A DNA stretch of 64,000 bases from a virus, in IMG/VR virus record IMGVR_UViG_3300027708_000025, positions 32,001 through 96,000 of that record, one strand, 5' to 3'. The translations under genes and the position numbers were made by a program. Positions 9,350 through 15,421 of this stretch are shown here, in pieces; positions within the stretch are counted from its first letter, which is position 1, and each line of letters starts with the position of its first letter. Under the pieces are notes generated by a model. That model had not been told where the DNA came from. It did not search any database and saw only the letters and a list, made by a program, of their open reading frames with translations.

Positions 9350-9375
9350 GATATTATCCTTTAAAATTATTAAAC

Positions 9376-9449
9376 TGGTCTCGGTAGCAGGAATCGAACC
9401 TACGCTCTATCGTCCCAAACGACAAGTGATACCATTTCACCATACCGAG
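9376..9449 (-). tRNA. tRNA-Pro(TGG)
   Basis: TGTCG-TTTGGGA-CGATA; CCA. Confidence 0.92.
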
Positions 9450-9450
9450 T

Positions 9451-9458
9451 TATTTATA
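9451..9458 (-). promoter_or_regulatory. possible T4-type late promoter TATAAATA
   Basis: Exact consensus between tRNA-Thr and tRNA-Pro; a start site would fall inside tRNA-Pro, so function is uncertain. Confidence 0.3.
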
Positions 9459-9459
9459 C

Positions 9460-9533
9460 TGGTGCCCCATGACAGAATCGAACTGCCGTTACCTGAGTAC
9501 AAAACAGGTGTTCTACCATTTAACTAATAGGGC
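9460..9533 (-). tRNA. tRNA-Thr(TGT)
   Basis: CCTGT-TTTGTAC-TCAGG; CCA. Confidence 0.88.
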
Positions 9534-9538
9534 GAAAC

Positions 9539-10282
9539 TTAAATTGCTTTCTCAATTATATTCTTAGCTAAATTATCCACATCGGCTCTTATGGTGCCTC
9601 CGAGAATAACAATTGCATACTGCTCACCATTCTTATGTACTATCATAACAAGACACTTACCAGCCGCATTCGTTGTGCCAGTTTTGGATACTTCAATGAT
9701 ATCAAATTTATTCATCAACTTCACGTTAGTGTTATTGACTGAAATGTGTTTTTCTTTATTCTTCTTATCTACAACAGTTAAATCGTATCTACTCAATGCT
9801 GATATCTCACGTATTTTATCATGTCTATACGCATCTGTCAACAAGACAACCAAGTCCCTTGCGGTACTGGTATTCCTTGCGCTTAGACCAGACGTATCAT
9901 CAAATTTTGTATTGTACATCTCTAGCGCAATTGCACGTTTATTCATTTGGTAAACTGTCCACAATTTACCGCCCATGCTTTCTGCTAATGCTTCTGCGGC
10001 TCTGTTGTCACTTTTGATTAACATTAAATTTAATAATTCTTCTCTAGTAAACTTATTGTGTGAATAAAACATTCCTTTGTATGGAACTTTCTCATTCAAT
10101 GGAACTCCACTTTCAATTATGACAAGTGCGGTCATCAATTTTGTAATGCTTGCTATTGGTCTTATTGTATCAATTTCAGAATCAACAATTGGATACTGTT
10201 TAGTGATATTGTATGTGTAGACTGTAATCGCACTAGCACTTAATGCCGACAGCAATACTAAAGATAAGATTATTTTTTTCAT
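9539..10282 (-). CDS. D-alanyl-D-alanine peptidase, S11 family (PbpG-like)
   Basis: Signal peptide MKKIILS; SxxK (ASITKLMTA), SxN (SDN) and KTG motifs; start corrected to 10282. Confidence 0.85.
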   Translation of the reverse strand: MKKIILSLVLLSALSASAITVYTYNITKQYPIVDSEIDTIRPIASITKLMTALVIIESGVPLNEKVPYKGMFYSHNKFTREELLNLMLIKSDNRAAEALAESMGGKLWTVYQMNKRAIALEMYNTKFDDTSGLSARNTSTARDLVVLLTDAYRHDKIREISALSRYDLTVVDKKNKEKHISVNNTNVKLMNKFDIIEVSKTGTTNAAGKCLVMIVHKNGEQYAIVILGGTIRADVDNLAKNIIEKAI

Positions 10283-10296
10283 ATGATTCTTTGTAA

Positions 10297-10371
10297 TGGC
10301 TCCAGAGGCAGGGATCGAACCTACGACCAATTGATTAACAGTCAACTGCACTACCGCTGTGCTACTCTGGA
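10297..10371 (-). tRNA. tRNA-Asn(GTT)
   Basis: GTTGA-CTGTTAA-TCAAT; GCCA. Confidence 0.93.
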
Positions 10372-10379
10372 ATAGAAAA

Positions 10380-10455
10380 TGGTTGCGGGTGAAGGATTCG
10401 AACCTCCGTCCTTTAGGTTATGAGCCTAATAGTCTGACCTCTGACGTAACCCGCT
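10380..10455 (-). tRNA. tRNA-fMet(CAT)-like
   Basis: CAT anticodon; 1:72 mismatch; ACCA. Confidence 0.78.
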
Positions 10456-10469
10456 ATAATATATATGTA

Positions 10470-10545
10470 TGGAGTGAGTGACAGGACTCGAACCTGCATT
10501 ATACGGACTTGCAAACCGTTGCCTAGCCTTTCAGCGCACACTCAC
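10470..10545 (-). tRNA. tRNA-Cys(GCA)
   Basis: Loop TTGCAAG; U73 discriminator. Confidence 0.88.
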
Positions 10546-10552
10546 ATAAATT

Positions 10553-10680
10553 TGGCGCTCTACAGGATTCTCACCTGTTCACTGGAGACCCTATAATCAG
10601 GGTTTTTATCCCTCTACTGCCATGAATTGCGAATTCATCGTAGAACCCAAGTTGCGAACTTGGCGTGGAAATATCAGAGC
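10553..10680 (-). ncRNA. tRNA-like structured RNA with CCA end and twin TTCGCAA hairpins
   Basis: GCTCT/AGAGC-GCCA acceptor-like stem; T-arm ACAGG-TGAGAAT-CCTGT; three further hairpins. Confidence 0.7.
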
Positions 10681-10687
10681 ATAAACT

Positions 10688-10762
10688 TGGCGGTCTGTAG
10701 GAGAATCGAACTCCTGTAAGTGGATAGACAATCCACAGTAATAACCTCTATACGAACAGACC
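10688..10762 (-). tRNA. tRNA-Asp(GTC)
   Basis: GTGGA-TTGTCTA-TCCAC; GCCA. Confidence 0.9.
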
Positions 10763-10768
10763 AAAACT

Positions 10769-10853
10769 TGGTGGAGATGATAGGGATCGAACCTATTGTG
10801 ACTTAAGTCGGAAGATTTACAGTCTCCTGCCATACCATTACGGCGGCATCTCC
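10769..10853 (-). tRNA. tRNA-Tyr(GTA)
   Basis: GGAGA-CTGTAAA-TCTTC; long variable arm. Confidence 0.92.
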
Positions 10854-10854
10854 A

Positions 10855-10980
10855 TGGTATTAGATTAGTTGACGCACTATTTGCTACGCTCAACGGAATT
10901 AGTGGCCACCTTACCGTTTATGTACGCAGTTACTCAGGCGTTACGATTGCCCATGGCTTACGTCAACTAATCTAATACCA
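10855..10980 (-). ncRNA. putative structured ncRNA closed by a perfect 20-bp stem
   Basis: TGGTATTAGATTAGTTGACG (10855-10874) / CGTCAACTAATCTAATACCA (10961-10980). Confidence 0.65.
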
Positions 10981-10981
10981 C

Positions 10982-11183
10982 ATTTAATTACACTGGATGA
11001 TTGACAAAAATAACAGTTTTGAACCTGCCCTACCATGTCGTCCATGGATTTGCTTGTCAACCACATTACAGACCAAGTTGTTCCAGCGTGATTCGCTCGT
11101 TCATGTAATCTAGAAGTGCCAGTCCGTCAACTGGTTCTCACTTGTTAAATTACCTACTGGCTTGGTAACCAATGTAATTAAAT
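10982..11183 (-). ncRNA. putative multibranched ncRNA closed by a 15-bp stem
   Basis: ATTTAATTACATTGG / CCAGTGTAATTAAAT (one G-U on minus strand) plus several internal helices. Confidence 0.6.
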
Positions 11184-11184
11184 C

Positions 11185-11260
11185 TGGTACACCTAGGGGG
11201 AATCGAACCCCTCGTTTGCGCCTTGAAAGGGCGCCGTCCTAACCGTTAGACGATAGGTGC
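11185..11260 (-). tRNA. tRNA-Glu(TTC)
   Basis: GCGCC-CTTTCAA-GGCGC; CCA. Confidence 0.92.
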
Positions 11261-11266
11261 ATAATT

Positions 11267-11278
11267 TTTTAAAGAACA
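11267..11278 (-). promoter_or_regulatory. boxA-like antitermination site TGTTCTTTAAAA
   Basis: Matches rrn boxA (TGCTCTTTAACA); lies between the promoter and the next tRNA. Confidence 0.7.
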
Positions 11279-11306
11279 TTTGATTGATTTCTCAATCTAT
11301 GAATAG

Positions 11307-11369
11307 AGTATAACACTCTAAACATTTCCTGTCAACAACTATTTTTGGTAACTGTTGTTTTTTATTAAC
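11307..11369 (-). promoter_or_regulatory. internal tRNA-array promoter: TTGACA-17-TATACT plus degenerate palindrome
   Basis: -10 at 11307-11312, -35 at 11330-11335, box at 11354-11369. Confidence 0.8.
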
Positions 11370-11371
11370 AC

Positions 11372-11459
11372 TGGCAGAGAGTATGAGATTCGAACTCATG
11401 CACCGCTTTCGCAATGACAGTTTAGCAAACTGCTCCTTTAACCACTCAGGCAACTCTCT
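11372..11459 (-). tRNA. tRNA-Ser(GCT)
   Basis: GCAGT-TTGCTAA-ACTGT; long variable arm. Confidence 0.92.
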
Positions 11460-11462
11460 ATA

Positions 11463-11552
11463 TGGCGGAAGCGGTGAGATTCGAACTCACGGAACATTTC
11501 TGTTCGCTAGTTTTCAAGACTAGTGCCATAAACCGGACTCGACCACACTTCC
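11463..11552 (-). tRNA. tRNA-Ser(TGA)
   Basis: CTAGT-CTTGAAA-ACTAG; long variable arm. Confidence 0.92.
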
Positions 11553-11558
11553 ATAACT

Positions 11559-11633
11559 TGGTGCGCCCTGAGAGAATCAAACTCCCACTTCAACGTTCGT
11601 AGCGTTGTGTAATATTCATTTTACTAAAGGCGC
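11559..11633 (-). tRNA. tRNA-Arg(ACG)
   Basis: CAACG-CTACGAA-CGTTG; CCA. Confidence 0.88.
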
Positions 11634-11644
11634 ATAAAAACATT

Positions 11645-11721
11645 TGGTGCCCTCTCTCAGATTCGAACTGAGACTTTACGGCTTCTAAGACCGATCTCTC
11701 TACCAATTGGAGTAAGAGGGC
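11645..11721 (-). tRNA. tRNA-Leu(TAG), short variable arm
   Basis: TCGGT-CTTAGAA-GCCGT; 5-nt variable region; A73. Confidence 0.82.
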
Positions 11722-11724
11722 ATT

Positions 11725-11798
11725 TGGTTCCCAGAGCAAGAATCGAACTTGCGATAAAGGCTTATCAAGCCTACGTTATACCATTTAACTATCCGGGA
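11725..11798 (-). tRNA. tRNA-Ile(GAT)
   Basis: TAGGC-TTGATAA-GCCTT; CCA. Confidence 0.9.
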
Positions 11799-11804
11799 TT
11801 AATT

Positions 11805-11958
11805 TCGATTTTCATCTCCCACTACTAACTATTGCTTCCCAATTTATCGTCCATTGGCACCCGTGGTAGGGCTTTCAATGCTCATCGGCCTTGCGTTCTA
11901 GCGCAAGTGATCCTTGGGATAGGACTGCTAGGCCTTAACTTGCCTAGCATCAAGTGAA
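11805..11958 (-). ncRNA. putative structured ncRNA between tRNA-Val and tRNA-Ile
   Basis: Hairpins TGCTAGGC/GCCTAGCA, GTCCT/AGGAT, CTTGCG/CGCAAG, CATTG..GCCC/GGGT..CAATG. Confidence 0.5.
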
Positions 11959-11959
11959 T

Positions 11960-12034
11960 TGGTACCTTGTGACAGGATCGAACTGCCGACCTTCTCCTTG
12001 TAAGGGAGACACTCTACCGCTGAGTTAACAAGGC
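11960..12034 (-). tRNA. tRNA-Val(TAC)
   Basis: TCTCC-CTTACAA-GGAGA; CCA. Confidence 0.93.
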
Positions 12035-12043
12035 AATTTTCTT

Positions 12044-12119
12044 TGGGGTGACCTATGGAATTCGAATCCATGCTATCGGAATCACAATCCGAGGTGCTAA
12101 CCGCTGACACTAAGGTCAC
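12044..12119 (-). tRNA. tRNA-His(GTG)
   Basis: TCGGA-TTGTGAT-TCCGA; C73. Confidence 0.9.
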
Positions 12120-12131
12120 ACCAAAGAAAAC

Positions 12132-12206
12132 TGGTAGGGGCACCGAGAATTGAACTCGGATTTACTGGTTAAAAGCCAGCTACTCTAGCCGTTGAGTTAT
12201 ACCCCC
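12132..12206 (-). tRNA. tRNA-Lys(TTT)
   Basis: GCTGG-CTTTTAA-CCAGT; CCA. Confidence 0.92.
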
Positions 12207-12210
12207 AAAT

Positions 12211-12285
12211 TGGTGGTGACAGTTGGATTTGAACCAACGACCGATTGCGTATGAAGCAATTGCACTACCGCTGTGCTATGTCACC
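12211..12285 (-). tRNA. tRNA-Met(CAT), elongator
   Basis: ATTGC-TTCATAC-GCAAT; CCA. Confidence 0.85.
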
Positions 12286-12292
12286 TTTTATT

Positions 12293-12366
12293 TGGCAGAG
12301 GGTACAAGGATCGAACTTGTGCTAACAGAGTCAAAGTCTGGTGTGCTACCGCTACACTAACCCCCA
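12293..12366 (-). tRNA. tRNA-Gln(TTG)
   Basis: CCAGA-CTTTGAC-TCTGT; GCCA. Confidence 0.9.
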
Positions 12367-12389
12367 ACATAAAAAATATGGATGCAAAT

Positions 12390-12401
12390 TGTTAAAGAAC
12401 G
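12390..12401 (-). promoter_or_regulatory. boxA antitermination site CGTTCTTTAACA
   Basis: Near-consensus rrn boxA about 24 nt before the first tRNA of the array. Confidence 0.8.
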
Positions 12402-12426
12402 TTTGTAATATATTCGATGATATACA

Positions 12427-12467
12427 CAAAGAAAAACCCCCTAGAGTTTTCAGTCTCTAGGGGGCTT
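12427..12467 (-). terminator. intrinsic terminator of the putative attenuator
   Basis: CCCCCTAGAG-ACTGAAAA-CTCTAGGGGG followed by TTTTTCTTTG. Confidence 0.85.
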
Positions 12468-12516
12468 GTCTTTGTATTCTCTTTGGACTTATGGTCCTCA
12501 GGTATAACAAGCCCCC
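12460..12516 (-). promoter_or_regulatory. antiterminator helix
   Basis: GGGGGCTTGT (12516-12507) is perfectly complementary to ACAAGCCCCC (12469-12460), which overlaps the terminator 5' arm. Confidence 0.75.
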
Positions 12517-12614
12517 ATCACTGGTGCGTGGCAATCGGATTTCTCTGAGCGAGAAATACTCTGCCACGTAATCGGCATATAATTTCTTGTTGAGAGTTTC
12601 GATATTAAATTCAT
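12498..12614 (-). CDS. putative attenuator leader peptide MNLISKLSTRNYMPITWQSISRSEKSDCHAPVMGACYT (38 aa)
   Basis: Hand-translated; ATG 1 nt after the upstream stop; 19 different amino acids; overlaps the antiterminator strand. Confidence 0.7.
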   Translation of the reverse strand: MNLISKLSTRNYMPITWQSISRSEKSDCHAPVMGACYT

Positions 12615-12615
12615 T

Positions 12616-12897
12616 TTAGTTTACTGTTTCTTCGTTAAAAATATTAGACCATTTCTGGAGTTTTGCTTTCTTGTTTGCGGATGCTTTATCTACGTCATCA
12701 ATGTTAATGATACCTGTTTCAATCATCAACTGAATCATACAAAATAAATCACCAACTTCTTCTGTCAATCTGTCTCGGTTAGATGCACCATTGTGTTCAC
12801 CATCTAAACCAAATCTAAAAACTTTACTGATTGCCTGTGTCACTTCGGCACATTCTTCTTGTGCAATTAGTAAAACTTCTTTTTCAACACTATTCAT
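12616..12897 (-). CDS. MazG-like NTP pyrophosphohydrolase
   Basis: EECAEV..AISK...EEVGD motif. Confidence 0.8.
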   Translation of the reverse strand: MNSVEKEVLLIAQEECAEVTQAISKVFRFGLDGEHNGASNRDRLTEEVGDLFCMIQLMIETGIINIDDVDKASANKKAKLQKWSNIFNEETVN

Positions 12898-12919
12898 TAT
12901 TTAACCTTTTAAATCACTT

Positions 12920-13270
12920 TTACGTATTCTGAATGAATTGCTTCACCAAGAATCGTTTCACTTCCCATGCGTTAGTCATTCGCACAGTTTTATCTTTACT
13001 GTTCAATCTATATGTAATATATAGCCTTTTTGGAGCAGAAATTACTACTGCACCAAATAATTTTTTATTGAGTCCAAATGGTACCACATAAGCATCACCG
13101 TTGTCAAGTTTTTTCTTGGCATACCCATTAGCACCTTTGATCTTGTCTAGTCCACCAAATCGAACTGTATCTAAAATTTCAACAGCCATCGATTGTCTTG
13201 GACCCATACCATCAATATACATAATGTTCCTTGTACTTAGGTTCTCTCTTACGTTTGTCTTCAACCACAC
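12920..13270 (-). CDS. hypothetical protein
   Basis: ORF track; start probably MYIDG. Confidence 0.55.
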   Translation of the reverse strand: MWLKTNVRENLSTRNIMYIDGMGPRQSMAVEILDTVRFGGLDKIKGANGYAKKKLDNGDAYVVPFGLNKKLFGAVVISAPKRLYITYRLNSKDKTVRMTNAWEVKRFLVKQFIQNT

Positions 13271-13335
13271 GCATACGATACTTAGGGCTACGCAAGTCCT
13301 TCGCTACCATGTTACGTGGTTTTGTTTTTGACAAT

Positions 13336-13572
13336 TTAAAATTCAGGCTCTCCATAACTTCCATAATCCTCATCGGTTCCATATCCTGCTGAAGCCATAG
13401 CGGAATCAAAATCTCCGTCCATGCTATCATTATAATCTATATCTGAAAAATTTGCAAAAAAACCATCTACCAATTCTACTGGTATACTAAGCATTGTTGC
13501 AATCGTGAATTCATTGTAGCCTTGTAAATACAACTCTTCAATCTCCATAGCCAACTCGCTCATTTTACTCAT
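13336..13572 (-). CDS. acidic hypothetical protein
   Basis: ORF track; DGD.DSA.ASAG.GTDEDYG motif. Confidence 0.65.
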   Translation of the reverse strand: MSKMSELAMEIEELYLQGYNEFTIATMLSIPVELVDGFFANFSDIDYNDSMDGDFDSAMASAGYGTDEDYGSYGEPEF

Positions 13573-13913
13573 GCTAGTTCCTTTTGTTTATCCAAAACTT
13601 GTTGATACGTCATTGTGGGTTCTTTGCTGGTGATAGCACCATCAAACTGTAACTGAGATTTCTCAAACCACGAAAGGTAATCGTCACTTTCCATAGACCA
13701 ATCAGTCATGTACTCACTAGAATAATCTGTATCAGTTTCAATACCACTCAATGCAAACTTCACAAACTCATTATAGTCTATGTTAAGGGGAACGTCAAGT
13801 ATCTTATACTCGGAACCGCCTTTTGCTTTCCAATACTGAGGGCACTCACCTTCACCATCCCAATCATGTGCGCCATAATTTTCGTGGTACTGAGTGCGGA
13901 TAACTATCATCAT
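13569..13913 (-). CDS. conserved phage hypothetical protein
   Basis: TQYHENYGAHDWDG.GECPQYWK.KGG motif. Confidence 0.75.
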   Translation of the reverse strand: MMIVIRTQYHENYGAHDWDGEGECPQYWKAKGGSEYKILDVPLNIDYNEFVKFALSGIETDTDYSSEYMTDWSMESDDYLSWFEKSQLQFDGAITSKEPTMTYQQVLDKQKELA

Positions 13914-13924
13914 ATATTTATTCC

Positions 13925-14197
13925 TTAGCGAGGTGTAAAACCCAATTCAAATTCCATCATCAACATTTTTGCAATATTGATATACTGCCGTGCATCATTC
14001 AACGCACGTTCACTACCAGACTGCATCACTTCCTGTGCATCGGAAAGATAACTTGAAATCACCATGCCAGGACCAGAAAATTTGAAACTGATTGAATCTG
14101 TTACAGACTCAAGAATTTCGGATTTCTTAGCACCGTATGCTTGGATTTCCCAAAGGGTTTGTTCGTTTGCTGTTTTCATTTCAATGTCCTTTATCAA
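13925..14197 (-). CDS. hypothetical protein
   Basis: ORF track; follows promoter at 14210. Confidence 0.65.
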   Translation of the reverse strand: MIKDIEMKTANEQTLWEIQAYGAKKSEILESVTDSISFKFSGPGMVISSYLSDAQEVMQSGSERALNDARQYINIAKMLMMEFELGFTPR

Positions 14198-14209
14198 TCA
14201 ACAGACTCT

Positions 14210-14270
14210 AGTTTAACAGGTTGGGTGGATAAGTCAACAACTATTTTTGGTAGTGTTGTTATTCCGCAAC
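14210..14270 (-). promoter_or_regulatory. early promoter module: TTGACT-16-TAAACT plus GTTG-N8-CAAC; nearest promoter upstream of the leader/tRNA array
   Basis: -10 at 14210-14215, -35 at 14232-14237, box at 14255-14270. Confidence 0.8.
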
Positions 14271-14537
14271 AGGTGCAAACATCTTGCGACCATCAACCAT
14301 GAACCGCTCGAATGCTTCCATAGTCTTTTCAGAGTAAATCATCTTACCATACTTCTGGATATCTTGCAACAACTCCAAGAAACCCATACCTAAAAATTCA
14401 CGCTCTTTATTCAGAATACCAATTGCTGTTTCGATTTTCATATTAAGCACCATAAAAGTCAGAAGTAAAACCACAAGTATTGTAGACACATTCACGAACT
14501 GTAGTGTCCATCGCTTCACCAAATTTGTTGTAATCAT
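14259..14537 (-). CDS. hypothetical protein
   Basis: ORF track; real start probably MKIETA. Confidence 0.5.
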   Translation of the reverse strand: MITTNLVKRWTLQFVNVSTILVVLLLTFMVLNMKIETAIGILNKEREFLGMGFLELLQDIQKYGKMIYSEKTMEAFERFMVDGRKMFAPVAE

Positions 14538-14679
14538 TTTTGGCTAACATGTTGAGACACTTGTAAGTTTCTGGCCATGTCAGGTTCATTGTTACTGCGG
14601 CAACAACAATACCGTGAACGGCTAAGTTGCCAACTTCGCTAAACATTCCGTAAGATATATCATGTGTCAATGTAGTCAT
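14443..14679 (-). CDS. hypothetical protein
   Basis: ORF track; SD AGGA. Confidence 0.65.
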   Translation of the reverse strand: MTTLTHDISYGMFSEVGNLAVHGIVVAAVTMNLTWPETYKCLNMLAKNDYNKFGEAMDTTVRECVYNTCGFTSDFYGA

Positions 14680-14688
14680 TTTATTTCC

Positions 14689-14982
14689 TTAAATCAAATC
14701 AATTTGAACTTGTGTACCAACTTGGCTGGTATTGTAACTTGTCATACCAAGACCAGTGGGAACTAACGCACCATCTTTTTGCGCCATGTAACGCATGTAA
14801 GACAAACGGAGCAAAGCATCATTAGCCGCTTGTGAATGGGTGTATGTAGCAAACACACTAGCAACACCAGCAACGGTGGTGTAGACACCAATTCCGTCAA
14901 ACATCACACGAATTTTTTGTGAATTCTTGAAGCCCTGAATGTAAGTCTTTGTACGCATTTCAAATTTCCTTTTCTTTTTCAA
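14689..14982 (-). CDS. hypothetical protein
   Basis: ORF track; start probably MRTKTY. Confidence 0.6.
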   Translation of the reverse strand: MKKKRKFEMRTKTYIQGFKNSQKIRVMFDGIGVYTTVAGVASVFATYTHSQAANDALLRLSYMRYMAQKDGALVPTGLGMTSYNTSQVGTQVQIDLI

Positions 14983-14994
14983 TCTCTAGACTCT

Positions 14995-15055
14995 AGTATA
15001 ACAGAATCGGCATACTTGTCAACAACTATTTTCGATTCTGTTGTATTTTTGCAAC
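14995..15055 (-). promoter_or_regulatory. early promoter module: TTGACA-16-TATACT plus GTTG-N8-CAAC
   Basis: -10 at 14995-15000, -35 at 15017-15022, box at 15040-15055. Confidence 0.85.
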
Positions 15056-15070
15056 TGAATACTTTGGTAT

Positions 15071-15421
15071 TCAACAAGCACCAGTCCAACGAACGTTTTG
15101 GAAAGTCCGTGCCATCGTGTTTCCACGGGCAAAATTCTTAGCAGGACTTGCCCAACCAGCGGCTTTCAAAATGTCGCCTTTGGTGAACTTGCCCATGTCA
15201 CGGAGACACACAAAGGAATGAACGGAACGACCGCTACCTTTGCGACCACTAATCACTTTAATATATTTTGATCCAACTTCGAATGTCAGACCATCGCAAA
15301 AATCTTGCGCCATTGCCTTTTGGTTTTCGGAGGGTGTTGCACCTTGCCACTTGATGTAGTCAGCTTTGATGCATTCGAGGTATTCGTTAAATCCGTCAAT
15401 CATTTTCATTTCCTTTATCAA
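15071..15421 (-). CDS. conserved T4-like hypothetical protein
   Basis: G.KYIKV...SVHSFV...GDILKAAGW..PAKN.ARGN motif. Confidence 0.75.
   Translation of the reverse strand: MIKEMKMIDGFNEYLECIKADYIKWQGATPSENQKAMAQDFCDGLTFEVGSKYIKVISGRKGSGRSVHSFVCLRDMGKFTKGDILKAAGWASPAKNFARGNTMARTFQNVRWTGAC

Noticed and set aside
10283-10351. N-terminal extension of ORF 9539..10351
   Set aside because: It runs through tRNA-Asn; the signal peptide starts at 10282.
10855-11183. tmRNA, RNase P RNA, SRP RNA or 6S identity for the ncRNA candidates
   Set aside because: I could not find their hallmark motifs.
11463-11721. Anticodons TGA and TAG (and TAA at 6316) as stop suppressors or recoding
   Set aside because: They read UCA, CUA and UUA. 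No CTA/TCA/TTA anticodon is present and core genes are intact in code 11.
11865-11892. Hammerhead ribozyme (CCGATGAG...GAAA)
   Set aside because: The core is not CTGATGA, there is no stem II, and stems I and III could not be built.
6521-12143. ORF-track entries 6521..6733, 9303..9527, 10606..10893 and 11928..12143
   Set aside because: They are translations of tRNA or ncRNA sequence.
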